DNA of 64,000 nt from an uncultured Chloroflexia bacterium. GTDB lineage: Bacteria > Chloroflexota > Dehalococcoidia > DSTF01 > JACRBR01. Shown in pieces: positions 46,920 through 58,073 of the stretch. The notes under the pieces are model-generated. The model was not told the DNA's origin, did no database searches, and saw nothing but the letters and a program-made list of their open reading frames with translations. Within the stretch, counting starts at the first letter, position 1. The number at the start of each line of letters is the position of its first letter. The DNA lies in assembly GCA_963840385.1 (NCBI GenBank), contig CAWIYS010000009.1, positions 189,087 through 253,086 of the forward strand. The letters are read 5' to 3'. The translations under genes and the position numbers were made by a program.

Positions 46920-48617
46920 TCAGACCAGCTCGCGTACCGCCGACGCCGCATCCGCCAGCGCGACGACCTGCGCGTCCTTCGACGTACGCCGCTTGATCTC
47001 CGCGCCGCCGTTCTCGATGCTCCGCGGGCTGACGGTGACGCGCACCGGCATGCCGAGCAGGTCGGCGTCGTTGAACTTCACGCCCGCCGAGCCCTCCTCG
47101 CGGTCGTCATACAGCACGTCGAGGCCGGCATCTTGCAGTTGCTGGTACACCTGCTCGGCGCTCTCGCGCACGCCCGGCTTGTCGAACCCGAGGCCGACGA
47201 GGTGCACGTGGTACGGCGTCAGCTCCGGCGGCCAGATGATGCCGCGCTCGTCGTGGTTCGCCTCGATCGCACCGGCGAACACGCGCCCGACGCCGATGCC
47301 GTAGCAGCCCATGACGGCGGGCTTCAGCTCGCCCGCTTCGTCGGCGAAGTTGGCCTGCAATCGCTCCGTGTACACGGTGCCGAGCTTGAAGACGTGCCCC
47401 ATCTCCATGCCGCGCTTCGTCTCGAGCGTGCCGCCGCAGACGCGCGCACACATTGCCCGCCCGCGCCAGCGAGATGTCGGCGATGACGTCCGCCTTCCAG
47501 TCGCGGCCGTGGTTGACGTTGCGGATAGTGCACGTCGGGCTTGTTCGCGCCGGCGACGAGGTTGTACGAGTTGAGCACGCTGTCGTCGGCGACGATCTTG
47601 ATGCCCTTCAGCCCGACCGGCGACGCCGACCCCGCGACGAGCCCGTGCTTCTTCACGCCTTCGTCGTCGAGCAGCGACATCTCGACGGCCTTCAGTGTGT
47701 TCCGCAGCTTCGCCTCGTTCACCTCCAGGTCGCCGCGGATCGCGACGAACACCGGCGCGCCGTCGATCTCGTAGAACACCGCCTTCAGCGTCCGCGCGTG
47801 CGGCACGCCGAGGAACCCCACCAGGTCGTCGATCGTCTTCTGCCCGGGCGTCGACACTTCTTCGAGCGGCGCCGGTTCCTCATCGGGCATCTCGTGCTTC
47901 TTGTGGTCGGCCTTCTCCTCGTTCGCCGCGTAGCCGCAGCTGTTGCAGAGCAGGATCGTGTCCTCGCCGACCTCGGTGAGGTACATGAACTCCTCGCTGT
48001 CTTTCCCCCCGATGGCGCCCGAGTCCGCCTGCACGGGGATCGTCGGCACGCCGCAGCGGTCGAAGATCCGCGTGTACGCCGCCCGCGCCGCCCGGTACGA
48101 GTCGTCGAGCGCGTCCCAGTCCGGTGTCGAAGCTGTACGCGTCCTTCATCGTGAACTCGCGGACGCGCATCAGCCCGCCGCGCGGCCGCGCCTCGTCCCG
48201 CATCTTCGTCTGGATCTGGTAGACCATCAGCGGCATGTCGCGGTAGCTCTGCACCTGCTTCTTGAACAGGTCGACGACCACCTCCTCGTGCGTCGGCCCG
48301 AGGATCAGCTCGCGCTCGCGGCGGTCCTTCAGGTGGAACAGCACGTCGCCCATCGTCTCGATGCGGCCGGACTCCTGCCACAGCTCGGCCGGCTGCACGA
48401 CCGGCATGATCACTTCCTGCCCGCCCGCGCGGTCCATCTCCTCGCGGATGACCTGCTCGATCTTCCGCATCACCTTCCAGCCCGTCGGCAGATAGCTGTA
48501 GATCCCGGCCGCGAGTTGCTGGACGAGCCCCGCCCGCAGCATCAGCTGGTGGTTCGCCGTGTCGGCATCGGCCGGCGCGTTGCGCAGCGTCTTGCCGAAG
48601 AGCCGTGACATCCGCAT
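46920..48617 (-). CDS. proS: Prolyl-tRNA synthetase (bacterial type with editing domain), interrupted by at least 3 frameshifts
   Basis: The N-terminal catalytic core ([27 protein letters not shown]...[13 protein letters not shown]) is in one frame. The middle part ([19 protein letters not shown]...[13 protein letters not shown]) is in a second. The C-terminal anticodon-binding domain ([15 protein letters not shown]...CYGIGVGR) is in a third. Confidence 0.85.
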
Positions 48618-48731
48618 CGATTCGTGTCCTGTCGTGATTCCCGCTGGTTCGCCGAAGCTTATCCAATGCCGGCACGACGGTGGCAGGCCGAGGCCGCCTG
48701 CTTGTCGTAATACCGCCAGCGCGGCTCGGCC

Positions 48732-49073
48732 ATGGGCTATATTGTCGGCATGGCGACGGTCCACCCGAACGTGAACGTGACGTACGACCAGATCGAGGCA
48801 TTTTGCGGCAAGTGGAATGTCGTGCGTTTCGAACTCTTCGGCTCAGTCCTGCGTGATGATTTTGACGGCGAGAGTGACATCGACGTCCTCGTCAAGTTCG
48901 CGCCCAACGCACACTGGACGTTCCGCGATGACCTCGCGATGGAGCAGGAACTCGCTGACCTGTTCGGCCGCCGAGTCGAGATCGTCGAGCGGAAGCTCGT
49001 CGAGGGCAGTCCGAACTGGGTTCGTCGAAAGCACATCCTGGACAGCGCCACGCTCGTCTATGCGGCAGCCTGA
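48732..49073 (+). CDS. mntA: MntA-type nucleotidyltransferase antitoxin (type VII TA)
   Basis: The minimal NTase motif is [18 protein letters not shown]. The protein is 113 aa. Confidence 0.75.
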   Translation: MGYIVGMATVHPNVNVTYDQIEAFCGKWNVVRFELFGSVLRDDFDGESDIDVLVKFAPNAHWTFRDDLAMEQELADLFGRRVEIVERKLVEGSPNWVRRKHILDSATLVYAAA

Positions 49074-49407
49074 CGACACCGCGCTCCTCGTCGACATGCT
49101 CATCGCGGCACGGGAAGCTCGCGACCTCGCGTCGGGCGTCACACCGGAGGCACTCCCTGGTAATCGTCTGCTCCAACTGGCACTCGAGAAACTCGTTGAG
49201 AATCTAGGAGAGGCGGCGAGCCGCCTATCGCCGGAGGCCCGGAGCAAACTGCCGGAACTCCCATGGCGGGACATCATCGGCATGCGCCATCGGCTCGTGC
49301 ACGACTACATGCGCGTCGATCTCGAGAAACTGTGGCAGGTGATCGCTGCCGATCTAGAACCGTTGATCGCGGCGATCGAGCCGCTCGTCCCGCCGGCAGA
49401 CGCATAA
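49060..49407 (+). CDS. hepT: HepT-type (DUF86) RNase toxin
   Basis: The ATG at 49060 overlaps the mntA 3' end by 14 nt. The Rx4HxY motif is RHRLVHDY, and the total length is about 115 aa. Confidence 0.75.
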   Translation: MRQPDDTALLVDMLIAAREARDLASGVTPEALPGNRLLQLALEKLVENLGEAASRLSPEARSKLPELPWRDIIGMRHRLVHDYMRVDLEKLWQVIAADLEPLIAAIEPLVPPADA

Positions 49408-49483
49408 CGAAGCGCCATGGCCACCGAGCGGCAGGCGTCGCCTCCGCCCGCCGCCTGCCACACGTCGGCGCTAGAATGCGGCC

Positions 49484-51079
49484 ATGAAGGTCCCAGCGTG
49501 GCTCCGCACCGAGGCCGCCGGAGTCGGAGCCAGCATCGCCGCGACGGCCGTGCTCACGGGCACGTTGGCGCCCGTGCAGCACCACGTCGGCCTCCTCAAC
49601 GAGGGCCTCCTCTTCCTCCTGCTCGCGCTGCTCGTGTCGGGCACGTGGGGCTGGCGCGTCGGACTGTTCGCGGCCGTGCTGGCCAACCTCGCGCTGAACT
49701 TCTTCTTCGTGCCGCCGCTGCACACGTTCACCGTGCAGGATCCATCGAATATCGTCGCGCTCTTCATCTTTCTGATCGTCGCGATGCTCGGCGGCCGGCT
49801 GCTCGCGTCCGCGCAGCAGGCGCTCGCCGAGTCGCGCCGCCGCCAGGCCCAGACGCAGGTGCTGCTCAACCTCAGCCGCGTCATGATCGGCCGCACCCAC
49901 CCGGAGGACGCGCTCGCCGCCCTGTGCGAGGAGGTCGTCTCGGCGCTGCGGCCCGATGGCGCGGCCGTGCTCAGCGGCGCCGCCGCCGGATGGCGCGTGC
50001 TCGCGTCGGCGGGTGCGCCGTCGGCCGCCCGCGCGACCGACGCCGAGGAGCGGGCGATGGCGGACCGCGCGCTCGCGTCGAACGTGCCGGTGATGCTCGG
50101 ACAGACGGGCCTGACGTCGAGCCGGCCGCGCCGCATCGCCATCCGCGCAGGCGGGCAGCGTCGCATCGAGGCGGTCCGGCGCGCGCTGACGCTGGTGCCG
50201 CTGCGCGTCGGCGAGCGGGCGTTCGGCGTGCTACGCCTCGACGGGCCGATCACCGGCACGGTCTTCGGCGACCACCCGGAGCAGCTGCTCGTCCCGTTCG
50301 CAAACGAGGCTGCGCTCGCCGTCCAGCGCGTCGAGCTGGCCGCCGCCGCGGCCCACGCCGATGCGCTGCGCGAGGCCGACGAGATGAAGACCGCGCTCAT
50401 GACGTCGATCTCGCACGACCTGAAGACGCCGCTCGCCGGCATCAAGACGTCCGTCTCCAGCCTGCTCGATGAGAGCGTGACGTGGTCGGAAGACGACGTC
50501 GCCGCGTTCCTCGCGACGATCGACTCGCAGGCCGACCGCCTGAACAGCGTCATCTCCGACATTCTCGACTTGAACCGGATCGAGGCGGGCGTGGTCTCGG
50601 CGGTGCTGCGCCCGCTGCCTGTCATCGACCTGCTCCGCGAGGCGAGGGCGCGTACGCTCGGCCCGACGGCCGGGCGCATGGTCACGGTCGACGCGCCGCC
50701 TGATCTCCTGGTCGAAGGCGACGAATCGCTGATTGCGCAGGCGCTCGTCAACCTGGTCGAGAATGCGGCGAAGTACTCGACGCCCGGCGGCGCCATCCAC
50801 CTGGCCGCGGCCGCGCATGGCGGCACGGTCGAGATCACCGTCGCCGACGAGGGCCCCGGCATCGCCCGCGAGGACCTTCCGCACCTGTTCGAGCGCTTCT
50901 ACCGCGCCGCCGAGCACAGCCGCCGTGTCAAGGGCAGCGGCCTCGGGCTGGCCATCGTCAAGGGCTTCGTCACGCTCTCCGGCGGCAGCGTGCGCGTCGA
51001 AAGCTCGCCGGCCGGCACCCGCTTCATCATCTCGCTGCCGGCCGGCGTGGCCGTTGGCGCCGATGCGGTGACGAAGTGA
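49484..51079 (+). CDS. kdpD: KdpD-type sensor kinase core (TM + GAF + HisKA + HATPase) that lacks the N-terminal KdpD/Usp sensor module
   Basis: Four TM helices of the DUF4118 type are present. The H-box is MKTALMTSISHDLKTPL. NLVENAAKYS, DEGPGI and GSGLGLAIVKG are the ATPase boxes. It sits directly upstream of kdpE. Confidence 0.85.
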   Translation: MKVPAWLRTEAAGVGASIAATAVLTGTLAPVQHHVGLLNEGLLFLLLALLVSGTWGWRVGLFAAVLANLALNFFFVPPLHTFTVQDPSNIVALFIFLIVAMLGGRLLASAQQALAESRRRQAQTQVLLNLSRVMIGRTHPEDALAALCEEVVSALRPDGAAVLSGAAAGWRVLASAGAPSAARATDAEERAMADRALASNVPVMLGQTGLTSSRPRRIAIRAGGQRRIEAVRRALTLVPLRVGERAFGVLRLDGPITGTVFGDHPEQLLVPFANEAALAVQRVELAAAAAHADALREADEMKTALMTSISHDLKTPLAGIKTSVSSLLDESVTWSEDDVAAFLATIDSQADRLNSVISDILDLNRIEAGVVSAVLRPLPVIDLLREARARTLGPTAGRMVTVDAPPDLLVEGDESLIAQALVNLVENAAKYSTPGGAIHLAAAAHGGTVEITVADEGPGIAREDLPHLFERFYRAAEHSRRVKGSGLGLAIVKGFVTLSGGSVRVESSPAGTRFIISLPAGVAVGADAVTK

Positions 51080-51774
51080 GCCCGGCGCGCATCCTCGTCG
51101 TCGACGACGAGGTCCAGCTGCGCCGGACGCTCGCGCGATCGCTGACCGGCCACGGCTACACCGTGCGCGAAGCGGCGGACGGCGCCGCCGCGCTTCGCGA
51201 ATTCGGCGCATTCAAGCCGGATGTCGTGCTGCTCGACCTCATGCTGCCCGATACCTCCGGCGTCGAGGTGTGCGCCGAGCTCCGCCGCGTGCAGGACACG
51301 CCGATCATCGTGCTCTCCGTCGTCGGCGACGAGCGCGCGAAGATCGACGCCCTCGACGCCGGTGCCGACGACTACCTCACGAAGCCGTTCAGCATGGGCG
51401 AGCTGCTCGCTCGCGTCCGCGTCGCGCTGCGTCGCGGCGCGACGGATCGGACGCAGCAGCCGGTGATCCAGTGCGATGGCCTGATACTCGACCTCGAGCG
51501 CCGCCTCGTCACGATTTCGGGCGAAGAAGTGCACCTGACGCCCACCGAGTACAGCCTGCTCAAGTACCTGGCGACGCACGCCGGCAAGGTACTGACGCAC
51601 CCGATGATCCTGCGCGCCGTCTGGGGCCCGGAGTACGCCGACAACACGCACGTCCTGCGTACGACGATCAACCAGCTCCGCGCCAAGCTCGGCGACGACG
51701 CCACGGAGCCGCGCTTCATCCGCACCGACGCGGGCGTCGGCTATCGCTTTGCCGATCCTGAAGCTCTTTCCTGA
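51076..51774 (+). CDS. kdpE: KdpE (OmpR-family response regulator)
   Basis: The receiver is ILVVDDE...DLMLPDTSG...DDYLTKPF. The wHTH is LTPTEYSLLKYLATHAGKVLTHPMILRAVWG...TDAGVGYRF. Its GTG start overlaps the kdpD stop. Confidence 0.85.
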   Translation: MSPARILVVDDEVQLRRTLARSLTGHGYTVREAADGAAALREFGAFKPDVVLLDLMLPDTSGVEVCAELRRVQDTPIIVLSVVGDERAKIDALDAGADDYLTKPFSMGELLARVRVALRRGATDRTQQPVIQCDGLILDLERRLVTISGEEVHLTPTEYSLLKYLATHAGKVLTHPMILRAVWGPEYADNTHVLRTTINQLRAKLGDDATEPRFIRTDAGVGYRFADPEALS

Positions 51775-51841
51775 CGATTCTCTTATCCGATGCGCCGTTC
51801 GGATGACACCGCCCTGACGCCGCCCGGCGTACGATCGCCAT

Positions 51842-52312
51842 ATGAACATTCTTCTCGTCGAGGACGACGGCCCGCTCCGCGACGTCATCGCGCGAAACCT
51901 GCGCGCGCGCGGCCACGATCTGGCCGTCGCCGGTACCGCCGAGGCGGCCGTGCTCTCGATGGTCGAGTCCTGGCCCGACGCCATCGTGCTCGACGTCAAC
52001 CTGCCGGACATGACCGGCTGGGACGTGCTCCGCCGGCTGACCGCGGCCGACCGCAAGCGCGTCGCCGTCATCATCGTCTCGGCCGCGCCGATCTCGGAGA
52101 AGCGGCTGCTGGAGTTCCAGCCGCTGCGCCACCTGCAGAAGCCGTTCCCGATCGACGCGCTGGTCCGGCTGTTGAACGAGGTTGCACCGCCGGCCGCCCC
52201 GGCGGGTGACGAAGGAGGAGTCGTGATGGAGCGCGTTGTGCTGGAACTGATCGTTGCGGCGGGGGTGCTCGCCATCTTCATCGCCAACTGGTCGGACGAG
52301 GTGGGGTCGTGA
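51842..52312 (+). CDS. Single-domain CheY-like receiver protein with a C-terminal hydrophobic helix
   Basis: The receiver is ILLVEDDGPLRD...VLDVNLPDMTGWDV...LQKPF. The tail is GGVVMERVVLELIVAAGVLAIFIANWSDEVGS. Confidence 0.65.
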   Translation: MNILLVEDDGPLRDVIARNLRARGHDLAVAGTAEAAVLSMVESWPDAIVLDVNLPDMTGWDVLRRLTAADRKRVAVIIVSAAPISEKRLLEFQPLRHLQKPFPIDALVRLLNEVAPPAAPAGDEGGVVMERVVLELIVAAGVLAIFIANWSDEVGS

Positions 52313-52395
52313 ACCCGGACGTCGTCTTCGTAGCCGTGAGCCTGCTCCTGTTCGCCGTGATGTTCGCCGCGATCTGGGCATTCGAGAAGGTGTGA
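52309..52395 (+). CDS. Putative 28-aa hydrophobic KdpF-like peptide (GTG start)
   Basis: VNPDVVFVAVSLLLFAVMFAAIWAFEKV is a single TM helix. It lies immediately upstream of kdpF. It is too short for statistical support. Confidence 0.3.
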   Translation: MNPDVVFVAVSLLLFAVMFAAIWAFEKV

Positions 52396-52400
52396 GCGAG

Positions 52401-52484
52401 ATGGAGAACGTCATCCTTTCGATCGGGGCGAGCATCGTGATGCTGTACCTGATCGTCGCTTTGATCCGCCCGGAATGGTTCTAG
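52401..52484 (+). CDS. kdpF: KdpF (small regulatory subunit of the Kdp ATPase)
   Basis: MENVILSIGASIVMLYLIVALIRPEWF is 27 aa. The ...YL.VALIRPE+F ending is typical of KdpF. It is directly followed by kdpA. Confidence 0.6.
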   Translation: MENVILSIGASIVMLYLIVALIRPEWF

Positions 52485-52494
52485 GAGGAGCGCG

Positions 52495-54233
52495 ATGACC
52501 GTTAGCGGGATACTCCACATCCTCCTGTACTTCGCCGTCGTGCTGGCGCTCACGAAGCCGCTCGGCGCCTACATGGCCGCCGTCTTCGAGGGCGAAGGTC
52601 GCCTCTCGAAGCGCGTCTTCGCGCCGGTCGAGCGCGTCATCTACCGCGTCTTCTTCGTCGACGAGACGAAGGAGATGGACTGGAAGCGCTACACCGTGAG
52701 CCTGCTGATCTTCAGCACGCTGAGCATGCTCGCGGTCTACACGATCCTGCGCGCGCAGGCGCACCTGCCGCTGAACCCGCAGGACATGCCGGCCGTCTCC
52801 GGGCACCTCTCGTTCAACACGGCGGCCAGCTTCACCTCGAACACGAACTGGCAGTCGTACGGCGGCGAGACGACGCTGAGCTACCTGTCGCAGATGCTGG
52901 CGCTGACGGTGCAGAACTTCGTCTCGGCGGCCGTCGGCATCGTCGTCGTGATCGTGCTGATCCGCGGCTTCGTGCGGCGCAGCACGACGGATCTCGGCAA
53001 CTTCTGGGTCGACCTGACCCGCTGCATCCTCTGGATCCTGCTGCCGCTCTCGATCGTGCTCGCGCTGCTGCTCGTGTCGCAGGGCGTCATCCAGAACTTC
53101 AGCTCGTACAAGGAGATCACGACGCTCGAGGGCGCGAAGCAGGTGCTGGCGATGGGCCCCGCGGCGTCGCAGATCGCGATCAAGCAGCTCGGCACGAACG
53201 GCGGCGGCTTCTTCAACGCCAACTCCGCCGTGCCCTTCGAGAACCCGACGCCGTTCTCCAACTTCCTCGAGGCCGTCGCGATCTTCCTCATCCCGGCGGC
53301 GCTGACCTACACCTTCGGCAAGATGGTCGGCAAGACGGCGCAGGGCTGGGCGATCTTCGCCGCGATGGCCGTGATCTCGATCGCCTTCGCCTTCTTCGCG
53401 TACGGCGCCGAGCAGACCGGCAACCCGACGCTCGCGAACCTCGGCGTCGACCAGGCGTACCAGACGGGCCAGCATGGCGTCGTCCGGCGGCAACATGGAG
53501 GGCAAGGAGTCCGCTTCGGCATCGCCGACTCCGCCATCTGGGCGAACGCCACGACCGACGCCTCCAACGGCTCCGTCAACTCGATGCACGACAGCTACAC
53601 GCCGCTCGGCGGGCTGGTGCCGCTCTTCAACATGCACCTCGGGGAGATCGTCTTCGGCGGCGTCGGCTCCGGCCTCTACGGCATGCTCGTCTTCGCGATC
53701 ATCGCCGTCTTCATCGCCGGACTGATGATCGGCCGCACGCCGGAGTACCTCGGCAAGAAGATCGGGCCGAAGGAGATGAAGCTCGCCGGCATCTACTTCC
53801 TGATCACGTCGGCGTTCATGCTGCTCACGACGGCGATCGCCGTCTCGGTGAAGCAGGGCCAGGCGGGCCCGCTGAACGCCGGCGCGCACGGCTACTCCGA
53901 GATCCTCTACGCGTTCACGTCCGCAGGGCGCGAACAACGGCTCGGCGTTCGCCGGCCTCACCGCCAACACGTCGTTCTACAACACCACGGGCGGCATCGA
54001 CGATGCTCGTCTGCCGGTTCATCCCGATGGTCGCGATCATGGCGCTCGCCGGCGCGCTCGCGCAGAAGAAGAAGGTGCCGGAGAGCGCGGGCACGCTGCC
54101 GACGAACTCGCCGCTGTTCGTGGGCTTCCTCGTCGGCGTCGTGATCATCGTCGGCGGACTGACGTTCTTCCCGGCGCTCGCGCTCGGGCCGATCGCCGAG
54201 CACTTCCTCGTGCACGCGCACATCCTGTCGTAG
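52495..54233 (+). CDS. kdpA: KdpA (K+-translocating subunit), with at least 3 indel-type frame disruptions
   Basis: The N-terminus [34 protein letters not shown] and the body match KdpA. GGNMEGKE lies in an alternate frame around 53480-53510, a compensating indel pair. The C-terminal 76 aa ([23 protein letters not shown]...) are in another frame after about 53925. Confidence 0.85.
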
Positions 54234-54245
54234 AGAGGGACGGAC

Positions 54246-56325
54246 ATGCTGGACCAGATGCCACCACAAACGGAACCCACCGAGCACCGCTCGGAGATCG
54301 CGAAGGCAGCGCCAGTCGCGCGCGTCGATCTGGAACTGGCCGATCATCCGCCAGGCATCCATCGACTCGTTCAAGAAGCTGAACCCGCGCCACCTCCTGG
54401 GCAACCCCGTCATGCTCGTCGTCGAGATCGGCGCCGTCGTCACGACCTACATGTTCCTCGACGAACTGTTCGGGAGCCGCAGCGAGCCCAGGTTCTTCAC
54501 CGGCGCCGTGGCCGTCTGGCTCTGGTTCACCGTGCTCTTCGCCAATTTCGCCGAGGCGATGGCCGAGGGCCGCGGCAAGGCCCAGGCGAGCACCCTGCGC
54601 GCCATGAAGCGCGACACGATCGCCAAGCGCGAGCGCGACGGCCGTATCGAAGAGGTCTCCTCGTCCGACCTGCGCACCGGCGACATCGTCCGCGTCGAGG
54701 CCGGCGACGACATCCCCGGCGACGGCGACGTCATCGAGGGCGTGGCGTACGTCAACGAGGCCGCCATCACCGGCGAGTCGGCGCCGGTCCTGAAGGAGCC
54801 GGGCACCGACATCCGCAGCTCCGTCACCGGCGGCACGACCGTCACCAGCGACTGGCTGCGCATCCGCATCTCGGCCAACCCGGGCGAGACGTTCCTGGAC
54901 AAGATGATCGCCCTCGTCGAAGGCGCCTCCCGCCAGAAGACGCCGAACGAGATCGCGCTCAACATCCTGCTGGCGACCTTCACGATCATCTTCCTGCTCG
55001 CCGTCGGCACGATCCGGCCGTTCGCCGAGTACGTGGACGGCGACGTCACGACGACGGCGCTGGTCGCGCTGCTCGTCTGCCTCATCCCGACGACGATCGG
55101 CGGGCTGCTCTCGGCCATCGGCATCGCCGGCATGGACCGCATGGTGCAGCGCAACGTCCTCGCCATGTCCGGCAAGGCCGTCGAGACGGCCGGCGACATC
55201 GACACGCTGCTGCTCGACAAGACCGGCACCATCACCTTCGGCAACCGCCTCGCCGCCGAGTTCATCCCCGTCGGCGGCCACACCGAGCGCGATCTCGCGC
55301 TCGCCGCGCTCCAGTCGTCGCTCGCCGACGAGACGCCCGAAGGCCGGTCGATCGTCGATCTCGCGCGCCGCATGGGCTACGAGGGCGTCGCCGTCAGCGC
55401 CACGGACGAGATGATCCCGTTCAGCGCCGAGACCCGCATGAGCGGCATCCAGACCAACGGCCGCCGCATCATGAAGGGCGCCGTCGATGCCGTCTCGCGG
55501 CTCGCGAAGCAGATCCCGGCCGACCTGGACGCCGCGGCGACGACGCATCGCCATGGCCGGCGGCACGCCGCTCGCCGTCGTCGACAACGACGAGGTGCTC
55601 GGCATCATCTACCTCAAGGACACCGTCAAGCCCGGCATCCGCGCGAAGTTCGAGGAGATGCGCCGCGCCGGCATCCGCACGGTGATGATCACCGGCGACA
55701 ACAGGCTCACCGCCGCCACCATCGCGGCCGAGGCCGGCGTCGACGACTTCGTCGCCGAGGCGAAGCCCGAGGACAAGATGAACCTCATCCGCGAGGAGCA
55801 GGCCCAGGGCCGCCTCGTCGCGATGACCGGCGACGGCACGAACGACGCCCCGGCGCTCGCCCAGGCCGACGTCGGCGTCGCGATGAACAGCGGCACCGCC
55901 GCCGCCAAAGAGGCCGCCAACATGGTCGACCTCGACTCCGACCCGACCAAGCTGGTCGACGTCGTCGCCGTCGGCAAGCAGATGCTGATGACGCGCGGCG
56001 CCCTGACGACGTTCAGCATCGCCAACGACGTCTCCAAGTACTTCGCCATCATCCCGGCGATGTTCGTCGGCATCTACCCGCAGCTCGACAAGATGAACGT
56101 CATGCGGCTCTCGACGCCGAACAGCGCCATCCTCTCCGCCGTGATCTTCAACGCGCTGATCATCATCGCGCTCGTCCCGCTGGCCCTGCGCGGCGTCACG
56201 TACCGCGCGGCGCCCGCGGCGCAGATCCTGCGCGGCAACCTGCTCATCTACGGCGTCGGCGGCATCATCGCGCCGTTCGTCGGCATCAAGCTCATCGACC
56301 TGCTGCTGGTGCTGCTGCAGCCTGA
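54246..56325 (+). CDS. kdpB: KdpB (P-type ATPase catalytic subunit), with at least 2 frame disruptions
   Basis: [30 protein letters not shown] follows a shift near 54345. [10 protein letters not shown] (phosphorylation site) and [19 protein letters not shown] are present. After a shift near 55545, [22 protein letters not shown] and [27 protein letters not shown] follow. Confidence 0.85.
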
Positions 56326-56348
56326 ACTAGGCGCTGGAGGTAGAGGAC

Positions 56349-56982
56349 ATGCTTCAGAACACAATCAAGGACCTGCGGACGGCCATCATCGCCTTCGTGC
56401 TGTTCAGCGCGTTCCTCGGGCTCGCCTACCCGTACGCGATCACCGGCGATCGCACAGGCGGTCTTCCACCGGCAGGCGAACGGCAGCCTCGTCTCCGTGA
56501 ACGGTCAGGACGTCGGCTCGTCGCTGGTCGGCCAGAACTTCAGCTCGCCCGCGTACTTCCACCCGCGCCCCTCCGCGGCCGGCGCTGACGGCTACGACGG
56601 CGAGCGCGTCGTCGTGGCTCGAACCTCGGACCGTCCAGCCAGGCGCTCGCCGACCGCGTCGCGGCCGACGTGCGACCAGGTCCGCCAGGAGAACAACCTG
56701 GCCGCCGATGCGAAGGTGCCGGTCGACGCCGTGACCGCCTCGGGCAGCGGCCTCGACCCGCACATCTCGCCCGCCTACGCGGACCTGCAGGTCGCGCGCG
56801 TCGCGCAGGAGCGCGGCGCCGAGGAAGACCAGGTGCGCCAGCTCGTGCGACCAGATACACGGACGGCTGCGACGTTTGGCGTGCTCGGCGAGCCGCGCGT
56901 CAACGTGCTGCGGCTCAACATCGCGCTCGACGAGAAGTACGGCGCGCCGCCGCAGCCGGCCGCCACGGCGACTGGTGGGTAA
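56349..56982 (+). CDS. kdpC: KdpC, frame disrupted
   Basis: The N-terminus [33 protein letters not shown] is in one frame. The rest ([28 protein letters not shown]...[29 protein letters not shown]...[15 protein letters not shown]) is in another frame, with an internal junk stretch. Confidence 0.8.
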
Positions 56983-56993
56983 CGGAGCCGGAC

Positions 56994-57302
56994 ATGAGTC
57001 AGGTGACAATCGAACATCTGCCGCGGAAAGAGGCCGCCGTGCTCAGAACCATGCAGCGGGATGGTCATGTGCTCACCCGCATCAAGGAGCTCGGCGAAGG
57101 CGACGCTGAATACGTCGAACTCCCGTCGTTGCTGCATGCCGTCCGGGACGCAGGCGCATCGACGATGTCGGACGACGACCTGCTCACGTGCCTCCACTCA
57201 CTCGAGGACCGTGGCCTCGTCACGTCCAGTGTGCGCGTGCACCCCACCAGCGCCACCGAATACGTGTGCGAGTGGACGATCTGCTCAACGGACGCTCGCT
57301 GA
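56994..57302 (+). CDS. Hypothetical protein
   Basis: The 102-aa ORF is MSQVTIEHLPRKEAAVLRTMQRDGHVLTRIKELGEGD... It may be a winged-helix protein. Confidence is low. Confidence 0.3.
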   Translation: MSQVTIEHLPRKEAAVLRTMQRDGHVLTRIKELGEGDAEYVELPSLLHAVRDAGASTMSDDDLLTCLHSLEDRGLVTSSVRVHPTSATEYVCEWTICSTDAR

Positions 57303-57304
57303 CC

Positions 57305-57620
57305 CGGCTGGAGTCCCCGCGTGAACGCGCGGAGAGGACCTACACATGCGGCGACGTGCAGGTTGATATCGACGCGCGCCTGGCCTTCGTCGGCGGTGCA
57401 GCGCGTGCCACTGACCTTCTGCGAGTTCGATCTGCTGGTGAAGTTCGTCGCCGATCCGGGCCGTGCGTTCACGCAGAGACGAGCTGCGCGGCGAGCCAAC
57501 CCGGCGCAGCCCCGTCGACGCCGCGCTCGGTCGACATCCACGTGATGCGGCTCCGCAAGAAGCTGGCGGCGGCTCGCCGCTTCGTCATCGAGACCGTGCC
57601 GCACGTCGGCTATCGCTCCT
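57305..57620 (+). CDS. OmpR/PhoB-type winged-helix DNA-binding domain protein (trans_reg_C only), frameshifted
   Basis: VPLTFCEFDLLVKFVADPGRAFTQR is in one frame. SVDIHVMRLRKKLAAARRFVIETVPHVGYRS is in another. No receiver domain is present. Confidence 0.4.
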
Positions 57621-58073
57621 GGACTAGCGGCCGATGCGTGCGACCGGGCGGTCAGTCGTGAGCGGCGGGGGTTGTTCGTGAGCGACGAGGTCATCATCAT
57701 CGACAGTGACCCAGCACGATCTCATGCGGCTGGTCGTGGCGTTCCGGGGCACGCCGTACAGGATCACCGCGGTGGAATCGGCGCAACCGATGCAGGCCGC
57801 GAGCCGAATGGCCCCGCACGAGCCGGCGGCACTGGTCGTACCGCTCGAACGGGATGGAGAATGTCGTCGACATGCGAACGCTGATCGATGCCTGCCCGCG
57901 CACGCGGCTGCTCTTCCTCGTGCCGAACATGCCGCCCAGCGCGGCGCTCTCGAGGACTCGTGCGCGCGGCCGGAGGAGCGTTGCTGTCCAGGGAGGAGCC
58001 GGCGATCGTGGTGGTCGCCACGCTGATCACCTTGCTGACCCGAGCAGGCCGCCGGCTGGCACGGCGGCGCGGC

